Source: Antedon mediterranea (taxonomy: Eukaryota > Animalia > Echinodermata). From it: a stretch of DNA of 64,000 bases. How positions within the stretch are numbered: the stretch's first letter is position 1; the number at the start of each line of letters is the position of its first letter. A program made the position numbers and the translations under genes. The notes beneath the pieces were generated by a model. That model was not told the origin of the DNA. It made no database searches and worked only from the letters and a program-made list of their open reading frames with translations. The DNA is taken from the NCBI RefSeq assembly GCF_964355755.1, contig NC_092679.1, positions 9,020,201-9,084,200 on the forward strand, in the 5' to 3' direction. Below are positions 51,345-64,000 of this stretch, in pieces.

Positions 51345-54300
51345 AAGCTATTCTGTACACTTTGATGTTTTTATGTTAACAAGTTTTTCGAAAATCACAA
51401 AATGGTCTAAAACGTCTCCAAATGCGATTTTAAGCTATTCTAAGCACTTTGGTGTTTTTATGTTAACAAGTTTTTTTGAAAATCACAAAATGGTCTAAAA
51501 CGTCTCTAAATGCGATTTGAAGCTTTTCTGTACACTTTGATGTTTTTATGTTAACAACTTTTTTCGAAAATCACAAAATGGTCTAAAATGTCTCCAAATG
51601 CGATTTGAAGCTATTCTAAGCACTTTGGTGTTTTTATGGAAACAATTTTTTTCGAAAATCAGAAAATGGTCTAAAACGTCTCCAATAGCGATTTGAAGCT
51701 TTTCTGTACACTTTGGTGTTTTTATGTTAACAAGTTTTTTCAAAAATCACAAAATGGTCTAAAATGTCTCCAAATGCGATTTGAAGCTTTTCTGTACACT
51801 TTGATGTTTTTATGTTAACAAGTTTTTTCGAAAATCACAAAATGGTCTAAAACGTCTACAAATGCGATTTGAAGCTATTCTAAGCACTTTTGTGTTTTTA
51901 TGTTAACAAGTTTTTTCGAAAATAACAAAATGGTCTAAAACGTCTGCAAATGCGATTTGAAGCTATTTTAAGCACTTTGGTGTTTTTGTGTTAACAAGTT
52001 TTTCGAAATGCTCAAAATGGTCTAAAACGTTTCCAAATGCGATTTGAAGCTATTCTGTACACTTTGATGTTTTGTGTGAAAATTTTCTGTCGAAATGCTC
52101 AAAATGGTCAAAAACGTTTTTAAATACGATATTAAGCTACTTTGTGCTCTTTGATGTTTTTGTGTGAAATGTTTTATCGAAATGCTCAAAATGGTTTAAA
52201 ACGGTTTCTAATGTGATTTCAAGCACTTTGATGTTTTTGTGTAACCAAGTTTTTCGAAAATCACAAAATTGTCTAAAACGTCTCCAAATGCGATTTGAAG
52301 CTATTCTGTACACTTTGGTGTTTTTATGTTAACAAGTTTTTTCGAAAATCACAAAATGGTCTAAAACGTCTCCAAATGCGATTTAAAGCTATTTTAAGCA
52401 CTTTTGTGTTTTTGTGTTAACAAGTTTTTCGAAAATCACAAAATGGTCTAAAACGTTTCCAAATGCGATTTGAAGCTATTCTGTACACTTTGATGTTTTG
52501 TGTAAATGCTCAAAATGGTCAAAAACGTTTTTAAATACGATATTAAGCTACTTTGTGCTCTTTGATGTTTTTGTGTGAAATGTTTTATCGAAATGCTCAA
52601 AATGGTCTAAAACGGTTTCTAATGTGATTTCAAGCACTTTGATGTTTTTGTGTAACCAAGTTTTTCGAAAATCACAAAATTGTCTAAAACGTCTCCAATT
52701 GCGATTTGAAGCTATTCTGTACACTTTGATGTTTTTATGTTAACAAGTTTTTCGAAAATCACAAAATGGTCTAAAACGTCTCCAAATGCGATTTGAAGCT
52801 ATTCTGTACACTTTGATGTTTTTATGTTAACAAGTTTTTCGAAAATCACAAAATGGTCTAAAACGTCTCTAAATGCGATTTGAAGCTTTTCTGTACACTT
52901 TGATGTTTTTATGTTAACAACTTTTTTCGAAAATCACAAAATGGGCTAAAATGTCTCCAAATGCGATTTGAAGCTATTCTAAGCACTTTGATGTTTTTAT
53001 GTTACCAAGTTTTTTCGAAAATCACAAAATGGTCTAAAATGTCTCCAATAGCGATTTTAAGCTATTCTGTACACTTTGATGTTTTTATGTTAACAAGTTT
53101 TTCGAAAATCACAAAATGGTCTAAAACGTCTCCAAATGCGATTTTAAGCTATTCTAAGCACTTTTGGTGTTTTTATGTTAACAAGTTTTTTTGAAAATCA
53201 CAAAATGGTCTAAAACGTCTCTAAATGCGATTTGAAGCTTTTCTGTACACTTTGATGTTTTTATGTTAACAACTTTTTTCGAAAATCACAAAATGGTCTA
53301 AAATGTCTCCAAATGCGATTTGAAGCTATTCTAAGCACTTTGGTGTTTTTATGGAAACAATTTTTTTCGAAAATCACAAAATGGTCTAAAACGTCTCCAA
53401 TAGCGATTTGAAGCTTTTCTGTACACTTTGGTGTTTTTATGTTAACAAGTTTTTTCGAAAATCACAAAATGGTCTAAAACGTCTCCAAATGCGATTTGAA
53501 GCTAATCTGTACACTTTGATGTTTTTATGTTAACAAGTTTTTTCGAAAATCACAAAATGGTCTAAAACGTTTCCAAATGCGATTTGAAGCTTTTCTTTAC
53601 ACTTTGGTGTTTTTATGTTAACAAGTTTTTTCGAAAATCACAAAATGGTCTAAAACGTCTCCAAATGCGATTTGAAGCTATTCTGTACACTTTGATGTTT
53701 TTATGTTAACAAGTTTTTTCGAAGATCACAAAATGGTCTAAAACGTCTACAAATGCAATTTGAAGCTATTCTAAGCACTTTTGTGTTTTTATGTTAACAA
53801 GTTTTTTCGAAAATCACAAAATGGTCTAAAACGTCTGCAAATGCGATTTTAAACTATTCTTAGCACATTGGTGTTTTTATTTAAACAAATTTTTTCGAAA
53901 CTCACAAAATGGTCTAAAACGTCTCCAAATGCGATTTGAAGCTATTTTAAGCACTTTGGTGTTTTTGTGTTAACAAGTTTTTCGAAATGCTCAAAATGGT
54001 CTAAAACGTTTTTAAACACGATATTAAGCTATTTTGTGCTCTTTGGTGTTTTTTTGTGAAAAGTTTTAGCAAAATGCTCAAAATGGTCTAAAACGATTTC
54101 TAATGTGATTTTAAGCACTTTGATGTTTTTATGTTAACTAGTTTTTTCGAAAATCACAAAATGGTCTAAAACGTCTCCAAATGCGATTTGAAGCTATTTT
54201 AAGCACTTAGGTGCTTTTGTGTAACCAAGTTTTTTTGAAAATCACAAAAGGGTCTAAAATGTCTCCAAATGTGATTTGAAGCTATTTTAAGCACTTTGGT

Positions 54301-57300
54301 GTTTTTGTGTTAACAAGTTTTTCGGAAATCACAAAATTGTCTAAAACGTCTCCAAATGCGATTTGAAGCTATTCTGTACACTTTGATGTTTTTATGTTAA
54401 CAAGTTTTTTAGAAAATCACAAAATGGTCTAAAACATCTCCAAATGCGATTTAAAGCTATTTTAAGCACTTTGGTGTTTTTATGTTAACAAGTTTTTTCG
54501 AAAATCACAAAATGGTCTAAAACGTCTCCAAATGCGATTTGAAGCTATTTTAAGCACTTGGGTGTTTTTGTGTTAACAAGTTTTTCGAAATGCTCAAAAT
54601 GGTCTAAAACGTTTCCAAATGCGATTTGAAGCTATTCTGTACACTTTGATGTTTTGTGTGAAAATTTTCTGTCGAAATGCTCAAAATGGTCAAAAACGTT
54701 TTTAAAAACGATATTAAGCTACTTTGTGCTCTTTGATGTTTTTGTGTGAAATGTTTTATCGAAATGCTCAAAATGGTCTAAAACGGTTTCTAATGTGATT
54801 TCAAGCACTTTGATGTTTTTGTGTAACCAAGTTTTTCGAAAATCACAAAATTGTCTAAAACGTCTCCAAATGCGATTTGAAGCTATTCTGTACTCTTTGA
54901 TGTTTTTATGTTAACAAGTTTTTCGAAAATCACAAAATGGTCTAAAACGTCTCCAAATGCGATTTTAAGCTATTCTAAGCACTTTGGTGTTTTTATGTTA
55001 ACAAGTTTTTTTTAAATCACAAAATGGTCTAAAACGTCTGCAAATGCGATTTTAAACTATTCTTAGCACATTGGTGTTTTTATTTAAACAAATTTTTTCG
55101 AAACTCACAAAATGGTCTAAAACGTCTCCAAATGCGATTTGAAGCTATTTTAAGCACTTTGGTGTTTTTGTGTTAACAAGTTTTTCGAAATGCTCAAAAT
55201 GGTCTAAAACGTTTTTAAACACGATATTAAGCTATTTTGTGCTCTTTGGTGTTTTTTTGTGAAAAGTTTTAGCAAAATGCTCAAAATGGTCTAAAACGAT
55301 TTCTAATGTGATTTTAAGCACTTTGATGTTTTTATGTTAACTAGTTTTTTCGAAAATCACAAAATGGTCTAAAACGTCTCCAAATGCGATTTGAAGCTAT
55401 TTTAAGCACTTAGGTGCTTTTGTGTAACCAAGTTTTTTTGAAAATCACAAAAGGGTCTAAAATGTCTCCAAATGTGATTTGAAGCTATTTTAAGCACTTT
55501 GGTGTTTTTGTGTTAACAAGTTTTTCGGAAATCACAAAATTGTCTAAAACGTCTCCAAATGCGATTTGAAGCTATTCTGTACACTTTGATGTTTTTATGT
55601 TAACAAGTTTTTTAGAAAATCACAAAATGGTCTAAAACATCTCCAAATGCGATTTAAAGCTATTTTAAGCACTTTGGTGTTTTTATGTTAACAAGTTTTT
55701 TCGAAAATCACAAAATGGTCTAAAACGTCTCCAAATGCGATTTGAAGCTATTTTAAGCACTTGGGTGTTTTTGTGTTAACAAGTTTTTCGAAATGCTCAA
55801 AATGGTCTAAAACGTTTCCAAATGCGATTTGAAGCTATTCTGTACACTTTGATGTTTTGTGTGAAAATTTTCTGTCGAAATGCTCAAAATGGTCAAAAAC
55901 GTTTTTAAAAACGATATTAAGCTACTTTGTGCTCTTTGATGTTTTTGTGTGAAATGTTTTATCGAAATGCTCAAAATGGTCTAAAACGGTTTCTAATGTG
56001 ATTTCAAGCACTTTGATGTTTTTGTGTAACCAAGTTTTTCGAAAATCACAAAATTGTCTAAAACGTCTCCAAATGCGATTTGAAGCTATTCTGTACTCTT
56101 TGATGTTTTTATGTTAACAAGTTTTTCGAAAATCACAAAATGGTCTAAAACGTCTCCAAATGCGATTTTAAGCTATTCTAAGCACTTTGGTGTTTTTATG
56201 TTAACAAGTTTTTTTGAAATCACAAAATGGTCTAAAACGTCTCTAAATGAGATTTGAAGCTTTTCTGTACATTTTGATGTTTTTATGTTAACAAGTTTTT
56301 TCGAAAATCACAAAATGGTCTAAAATGTCTCCAAATGCGATTTGAAGCTATTCTAAGCACTTTGGTGTTTTTATGGAAACAATTTTTTTCGAAAATCACA
56401 AAATGGTCTAAAACGTCTCCAAATGTGATTTGAAGCTATTCTGTACACTTTGATGTTTTTATGTTAGCAAGTTTTTTCGAAAATTACAAAATGGTCTAAA
56501 ACGTCTACAAATGCGATTTGAAGCTAATCTGTACACTTTGATGTTTTTATGTTAACAAGTTTTTTCGAAAATCACAAAAGGGTCTAAAATGTCTGTAAAT
56601 GCGATTTGAAGCTATTTAAAGCACTTTGGTGTTTTTAGGTTAACAAGTTTTTTCGAAAATCACAAAATGGTCTAAAACGTCTACAAATGCGATTTGAAGC
56701 TATTCTAAGCACTTTTGTGTTTTTATGTTAACAAGTTTTTTCGAAAATCACAAAATGGTCTAAAATGTCTCCAAATGCGATTTGAAGCTATTCTAAGCAC
56801 TTTGGTGTTTTTATGGAAACAATTTTTTTCGAAAATCACAAAATGGTCTAAAACGTCTCCAAATGTGATTTGAAGCTATTCTGTACACTTTGATGTTTTT
56901 ATGTTAGCAAGTTTTTTCGAAAATCACAAAATGGTCTAAAACGTCTACAAATGCGATTTGAAGCTAATCTGTACACTTTGATGTTTTTATGTTAACAAGT
57001 TTTTTCGAAAATCACAAAAGGGTCTAAAATGTCTGTAAATGCGATTTGAAGCTATTTAAAGCACTTTGGTGTTTTTAGATTAACAAGTTTTTTCGAAAAT
57101 CACAAAATGGTCTAAAACGTCTACAAATGCGATTTGAAGCTATTCTAAGCACTTTTGTGTTTTTATGTTAACAAGTTTTTTCGAAAATCACAAAATGGTC
57201 TAAAACGTCTCCAAATGCGATTTGAAGCTATTTTAAGCACTTTGGTGTTTTTGTGTTAACAAGTTTTTCGAAAATCACAAAATGGTCTAAAACGTTTCCA

Positions 57301-60300
57301 AATGCGATTTGAAGCTATTCTGTACACTTTGATGTTTTGTGTGAAAATTTTCTTTCGAAATGCTCAAAATGGTCAAAAACGTTTTTAAATACGATATTAA
57401 GCTACTTTGTGCTCTTTGATGTTTTTGTGTGAAATGTTTTATCGAAATGCTCAAAATGGTCTAAAACGGTTTCTAATGTGATTTCAAGCACTTTGATGTT
57501 TTTGTGTAACCAAGTTTTTCGAAAATCACAAAATTGTCTAAAACGTCTCCAAATGCGATTTGAAGCTATTCTGTACACTTTGATGTTTTTATGTTAACAA
57601 GTTTTTCGAAAATCACAAAATGGTCTAAAACGTCTCCAAATGCGATTTGAAGCTATTCTGTACACTTTGATGTTTTTATGTTAACAAGTTTTTCGAAAAT
57701 CACAAAATGGTCTAAAACGTCTCTAAATGCGATTTGAAGCTTTTCTGTACACTTTGATGTTTTTATGTTAACAACTTTTTTCGAAAATCACAAAATGGTC
57801 TAAAATGTCTCCAAATGCGATTTGAAGCTATTCTAAGCACTTTGATGTTTTTATGTTACCAAGTTTTTTCGAAAATCACAAAATGGTCTAAAATGTCTCC
57901 AATAGCGATTTTAAGCTATTCTGTACACTTTGATGTTTTTATGTTAACAAGTTTTTCGAAAATCACAAAATGGTCTAAAACGTCTCCAAATGCGATTTTA
58001 AGCTATTCTAAGCACTTTGGTGTTTTTATGTTAACAAGTTTTTTTGAAAATCACAAAATGGTCTAAAACGTCTCTAAATGCGATTTGAAGCTTTTCTGTA
58101 CACTTTGATGTTTTTATGTTAACAACTTTTTTCGAAAATCACAAAATGGTCTAAAATGTCTCCAAATGCGATTTGAAGCTATTCTAAGCACTTTGGTGTT
58201 TTTATGGAAACAATTTTTTTCGAAAATCACAAAATGGTCTAAAACGTCTCCAATAGCGATTTGAAGCTTTTCTGTACACTTTGGTGTTTTTATGTTAACA
58301 AGTTTTTTCGAAAATCACAAAATGGTCTAAAACGTCTCCAAATGCGATTTGAAGCTAATCTGTACACTTTGATGTTTTTATGTTAACAAGTTTTTTCGAA
58401 AATCACAAAATGGTCTAAAACGTTTCCAAATGCGATTTGAAGCTTTTCTTTACACTTTGGTGTTTTTATGTTAACAAGTTTTTTCGAAAATCACAAAATG
58501 GTCTAAAACGTCTCCAAATGCGATTTGAAGCTATTCTGTACACTTTGATGTTTTTATGTTAACAAGTTTTTTCGAAGATCACAAAATGGTCTAAAACGTC
58601 TACAAATGCAATTTGAAGCTATTCTAAGCACTTTTGTGTTTTTATGTTAACAAGTTTTTTCGAAAATCACAAAATGGTCTAAAACGTCTGCAAATGCGAT
58701 TTTAAACTATTCTTAGCACATTGGTGTTTTTATTTAAACAAATTTTTTCGAAACTCACAAAATGGTCTAAAACGTCTCCAAATGCGATTTGAAGCTATTT
58801 TAAGCACTTTGGTGTTTTTGTGTTAACAAGTTTTTCGAAATGCTCAAAATGGTCTAAAACGTTTTTAAACACGATATTAAGCTATTTTGTGCTCTTTGGT
58901 GTTTTTTTGTGAAAAGTTTTAGCAAAATGCTCAAAATGGTCTAAAACGATTTCTAATGTGATTTTAAGCACTTTGATGTTTTTATGTTAACTAGTTTTTT
59001 CGAAAATCACAAAATGGTCTAAAACGTCTCCAAATGCGATTTGAAGCTATTTTAAGCACTTAGGTGCTTTTGTGTAACCAAGTTTTTTTGAAAATCACAA
59101 AAGGGTCTAAAATGTCTCCAAATGTGATTTGAAGCTATTTTAAGCACTTTGGTGTTTTTGTGTTAACAAGTTTTTCGGAAATCACAAAATTGTCTAAAAC
59201 GTCTCCAAATGCGATTTGAAGCTATTCTGTACACTTTGATGTTTTTATGTTAACAAGTTTTTTAGAAAATCACAAAATGGTCTAAAACATCTCCAAATGC
59301 GATTTAAAGCTATTTTAAGCACTTTGGTGTTTTTATGTTAACAAGTTTTTTCGAAAATCACAAAATGGTCTAAAACGTCTCCAAATGCGATTTGAAGCTA
59401 TTTTAAGCACTTGGGTGTTTTTGTGTTAACAAGTTTTTCGAAATGCTCAAAATGGTCTAAAACGTTTCCAAATGCGATTTGAAGCTATTCTGTACACTTT
59501 GATGTTTTGTGTGAAAATTTTCTGTCGAAATGCTCAAAATGGTCAAAAACGTTTTTAAAAACGATATTAAGCTACTTTGTGCTCTTTGATGTTTTTGTGT
59601 GAAATGTTTTATCGAAATGCTCAAAATGGTCTAAAACGGTTTCTAATGTGATTTCAAGCACTTTGATGTTTTTGTGTAACCAAGTTTTTCGAAAATCACA
59701 AAATTGTCTAAAACGTCTCCAAATGCGATTTGAAGCTATTCTGTACTCTTTGATGTTTTTATGTTAACAAGTTTTTCGAAAATCACAAAATGGTCTAAAA
59801 CGTCTCCAAATGCGATTTTAAGCTATTCTAAGCACTTTGGTGTTTTTATGTTAACAAGTTTTTTTGAAATCACAAAATGGTCTAAAACGTCTCTAAATGA
59901 GATTTGAAGCTTTTCTGTACATTTTGATGTTTTTATGTTAACAAGTTTTTTCGAAAATCACAAAATGGTCTAAAATGTCTCCAAATGCGATTTGAAGCTA
60001 TTCTAAGCACTTTGGTGTTTTTATGGAAACAATTTTTTTCGAAAATCACAAAATGGTCTAAAACGTCTCCAAATGTGATTTGAAGCTATTCTGTACACTT
60101 TGATGTTTTTATGTTAGCAAGTTTTTTCGAAAATTACAAAATGGTCTAAAACGTCTACAAATGCGATTTGAAGCTAATCTGTACACTTTGATGTTTTTAT
60201 GTTAACAAGTTTTTTCGAAAATCACAAAAGGGTCTAAAATGTCTGTAAATGCGATTTGAAGCTATTTAAAGCACTTTGGTGTTTTTAGGTTAACAAGTTT

Positions 60301-63300
60301 TTTCGAAAATCACAAAATGGTCTAAAACGTCTACAAATGCGATTTGAAGCTATTCTAAGCACTTTTGTGTTTTTATGTTAACAAGTTTTTTCGAAAATCA
60401 CAAAATGGTCTAAAATGTCTCCAAATGCGATTTGAAGCTATTCTAAGCACTTTGGTGTTTTTATGGAAACAATTTTTTTCGAAAATCACAAAATGGTCTA
60501 AAACGTCTCCAAATGTGATTTGAAGCTATTCTGTACACTTTGATGTTTTTATGTTAGCAAGTTTTTTCGAAAATCACAAAATGGTCTAAAACGTCTACAA
60601 ATGCGATTTGAAGCTAATCTGTACACTTTGATGTTTTTATGTTAACAAGTTTTTTCGAAAATCACAAAAGGGTCTAAAATGTCTGTAAATGCGATTTGAA
60701 GCTATTTAAAGCACTTTGGTGTTTTTAGATTAACAAGTTTTTTCGAAAATCACAAAATGGTCTAAAACGTCTACAAATGCGATTTGAAGCTATTCTAAGC
60801 ACTTTTGTGTTTTTATGTTAACAAGTTTTTTCGAAAATCACAAAATGGTCTAAAACGTCTCCAAATGCGATTTGAAGCTATTTTAAGCACTTTGGTGTTT
60901 TTGTGTTAACAAGTTTTTCGAAAATCACAAAATGGTCTAAAACGTTTCCAAATGCGATTTGAAGCTATTCTGTACACTTTGATGTTTTGTGTGAAAATTT
61001 TCTTTCGAAATGCTCAAAATGGTCAAAAACGTTTTTAAATACGATATTAAGCTACTTTGTGCTCTTTGATGTTTTTGTGTGAAATGTTTTATCGAAATGC
61101 TCAAAATGGTCTAAAACGGTTTCTAATGTGATTTCAAGCACTTTGATGTTTTTGTGTAACCAAGTTTTTCGAAAATCACAAAATTGTCTAAAACGTCTCC
61201 AAATGCGATTTGAAGCTATTCTGTACACTTTGATGTTTTTATGTTAACAAGTTTTTCGAAAATCACAAAATGGTCTAAAACGTCTCCAAATGCGATTTGA
61301 AGCTATTCTGTACACTTTGATGTTTTTATGTTAACAAGTTCTTCGAAAATCACAAAATGGTCTAAAACGTCTCTAAATGTGATTTGAAGCTTTTCTGTAC
61401 ACTTTAATGTTTTTATGTTAACAACTTTTTTCGAAAATCACAAAATGGTCTAAAATGTCTCCAAATGCGATTTGAAGCTATTCTAAGCACTTTGATGTTT
61501 TTATGTTAACAAGTTTTTTCGAAAATCACAAAATGGTCTAAAACGTCTCCAATAGCGATTTTAAGCTATTCTGTACACTTTGATGTTTTTATGTTAACAA
61601 GTTTTTCGAAAATCACAAAATGGTCTAAAACGTCTCCAAATGCGATTTTAAGCTATTCTAAGCACTTTGGTGTTTTTATGTTAACAAGTTTTTTTGAAAA
61701 TCACAAAATGGTCTAAAACGTCTCTAAATGCGATTTGAAGCTTTTCTGTACACTTTGATGTTTTTATGTTAACAACTTTTTTCGAAAATCACAAAATGGT
61801 CTAAAATGTCTCCAAATGCGATTTGAAGCTATTCTAAGCACTTTTGTGTTTTTATGTTAACAAGTTTTTTCGAAAATCACAAAATGGTCTAAAACGTCTC
61901 CAAATGCGATTTGAAGCTATTTTAAGCACTTTGGTGTTTTTGTGTTAACAAGTTTTTCGAAAATCACAAAATGGTCTAAAACGTTTCCAAATGCGATTTG
62001 AAGCTATTCTGTACACTTTGATGTTTTGTGTGAAAATTTTCTTTCGAAATGCTCAAAATGGTCAAAAACGTTTTTAAATACGATATTAAGCTACTTTGTG
62101 CTCTTTGATGTTTTTGTGTGAAATGTTTTATCGAAATGCTCAAAATGGTCTAAAACGGTTTCTAATGTGATTTCAAGCACTTTGATGTTTTTGTGTAACC
62201 AAGTTTTTCGAAAATCACAAAATTATCTAAAACGTCTCCAAATGCGATTTGAAGCTATTCTGTACACTTTGATGTTTTTATGTTAACAAGTTTTTCGAAA
62301 ATCACAAAATGGTCTAAAACGTCTCCAAATGCGATTTGAAGCTATTCTGTACACTTTGATGTTTTTATGTTAACAAGTTTTTCGAAAATCACAAAATGGT
62401 CTAAAACGTCTCTAAATGCGATTTGAAACTTTTCTGTACACTTTGATGTTTTTATGTTAACAACTTTTTTCGAAAATCACAAAATGGTCTAAAATGTCTC
62501 CAAATGCGATTTGAAGCTATTCTAAGCACTTTGATGTTTTTATGTTACCAAGTTTTTTCGAAAATCACAAAATGGTCTAAAACGTCTCCAATAGCGATTT
62601 TAAGCTATTCTGTACACTTTGATGTTTTTATGTTAACAAGTTTTTCGAAAATCACAAAATGGTCTAAAACGTCTCCAAATGCGATTTTAAGCTATTCTAA
62701 GCACTTTGGTGTTTTTATGTTAACAAGTTTTTTTGAAAATCACAAAATGGTCTAAAACGTCTCTAAATGCGATTTGAAGCTTTTCTGTACACTTTGATGT
62801 TTTTATGTTAACAACTTTTTTCGAAAATCACAAAATGGTCTAAAATGTCTCCAAATGCGATTTGAAGCTATTCTAAGCACTTTGGTGTTTTTATGGAAAC
62901 AATTTTTTTCGAAAATCACAAAATGGTCTAAAACGTCTCCAATAGCGATTTGAAGCTTTTCTGTACACTTTGGTGTTTTTATGTTAACAAGTTTTTTCGA
63001 AAATCACAAAATGGTCTAAAACGTCTCCAAATGCGATTTGAAGCTAATCTGTACACTTTGATGTTTTTATGTTAACAAGTTTTTTCGAAAATCACAAAAT
63101 GGTCTAAAACGTTTCCAAATGCGATTTGAAGCTTTTCTTTACACTTTGGTGTTTTTATGTTAACAAGTTTTTTCGAAAATCACAAAATGGTCTAAAACGT
63201 CTCCAAATGCGATTTGAAGCTATTCTGTACACTTTGATGTTTTTATGTTAACAAGTTTTTTCGAAGATCACAAAATGGTCTAAAACGTCTACAAATGCAA

Positions 63301-64000
63301 TTTGAAGCTATTCTAAGCACTTTTGTGTTTTTATGTTAACAAGTTTTTTCGAAAATCACAAAATGGTCTAAAACGTCTGCAAATGCGATTTTAAACTATT
63401 CTTAGCACATGGGTGTTTTTATTTAAACAAATTTTTTCGAAACTCACAAAATGGTCTAAAACGTCTCCAAATGCGATTTGAAGCTATTTTAAGCACTTTG
63501 GTGTTTTTGTGTTAACAAGTTTTTCGAAATGCTCAAAATGGTCTAAAACGTTTTTAAACACGATATTAAGCTATTTTGTGCTCTTTGGTGTTTTTTTGTG
63601 AAAAGTTTTAGCAAAATGCTCAAAATGGTCTAAAACGATTTCTAATGTGATTTTAAGCACTTTGATGTTTTTATGTTAACTAGTTTTTTCGAAAATCACA
63701 AAATGGTCTAAAACGTCTCCAAATGCGATTTGAAGCTATTTTAAGCACTTAAGTGCTTTTGTGTAACCAAGTTTTTTTGAAAATCACAAAAGGGTCTAAA
63801 ATGTCTCCAAATGTGATTTGAAGCTATTTTAAGCACTTTGGTGTTTTTGTGTTAACAAGTTTTTCGGAAATCACCAAATTGTCTAAAACGTCTCCAAATG
63901 CGATTTGAAGCTATTCTGTACACTTTGATGTTTTTATGTTAACAAGTTTTTTAGAAAATCACAAAATGGTCTAAAACATCTCCAAATGCGATTTAAAGCT
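51345..64000 (+). repeat. Second copy of the large block starting at about 19404 (initial offset 31941 bp), running off the window end
   Basis: Four variants that I saw only at these paired positions lie at constant offset: TCAGAAAATGG (~19718/51659), TTTTCAAAAATC (~19800/51741), AAATAACAAAAT (~19980/51921) and TGGTTTAAAAC (~20251/52192). The 1203-bp duplication is also shared. Confidence 0.88.

Larger units (their letters stand above)
1..64000. repeat. Tandem satellite DNA array, 88-bp AT-rich monomer, about 735 copies in one orientation, extending beyond both window edges
   Basis: The TTCGAA anchor recurs with its C at 29, 117, 205 and 293 (88-bp steps). The same monomer continues to 64000 with no foreign sequence or inversion seen. 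The consensus has 27/88 G+C. Confidence 0.99.

Noticed and set aside
43395-53170. Single-base homopolymer length changes (for example an extra T at about 43405 and 53162)
   Set aside because: These cannot be distinguished from sequencing error in T-runs and are not interpreted biologically.
21035-62755. Repeated 77-103 aa plus-strand ORFs (MRFEAILSTL...) at 21035, 25800, 29450, 34139, 38828, 47670, 50572, 52961, 57815 and 62504
   Set aside because: Each is about three satellite monomers, open only because a TAA-to-TAC variant (GTTACCAAG) and an 87-bp monomer avoid stop codons. The peptide repeats the monomer frames, with no recognisable domain or gene context. They were used only as HOR position markers.
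1-64000. CRISPR-like array (regular, partly palindromic repeats)
   Set aside because: There are no unique spacers; the entire unit is repeated. No cas genes or leader sequence are present.
1-64000. Tandem tRNA, 5S, snRNA or spliced-leader gene array, or telomeric repeat
   Set aside because: No cloverleaf, Pol III A/B boxes or recognisable conserved RNA sequence. The T-runs are part of the phased tracts, and there is no short G-rich telomeric unit.
1-64000. Tandem-repeat protein exon (mucin- or antigen-like)
   Set aside because: The 88-bp unit is not a multiple of three, and TAA/TGA stops occur in nearly every monomer on both strands.

Overview
The whole 64-kb window is one uninterrupted, head-to-tail, single-orientation satellite DNA array of roughly 735 monomers. 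The dominant monomer is 88 bp (87-bp and 77-78-bp variants also occur) and about 31% GC. Its consensus is CGAAAATCACAAAATGGTCTAAAACGTCTCCAAATGCGATTTGAAGCTATTCT(GTA/AAG)CACTTTG(A/G)TGTTTTTATGTTAACAAGTTTTTT. I see no credible genes, RNA genes, transposons or CRISPR arrays; every ORF in the track is a read-through of satellite monomers. The array has a nested higher-order repeat (HOR) hierarchy. Two related diverged landmark cassettes recur and hint at an old ~8-mer HOR. Above that are internal duplications of 440, 777, 1039, 1203 and 2333 bp, HORs of 3629, 3650 and 4689 bp, and a ~32-kb-offset duplication. A left domain (1-~19.4 kb) and a right domain (~19.4-64 kb) carry different diagnostic alleles. 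The monomer itself is a degenerate inverted repeat with ~10-bp phased A- and T-tracts, and all three of its CpGs show recurrent transition variants. This looks like eukaryotic centromeric or pericentromeric satellite, which is an inference. I cannot name the organism or satellite family, and I found no evidence of a new protein-coding system. All periods were measured by hand from shared rare variants, so block boundaries are approximate.
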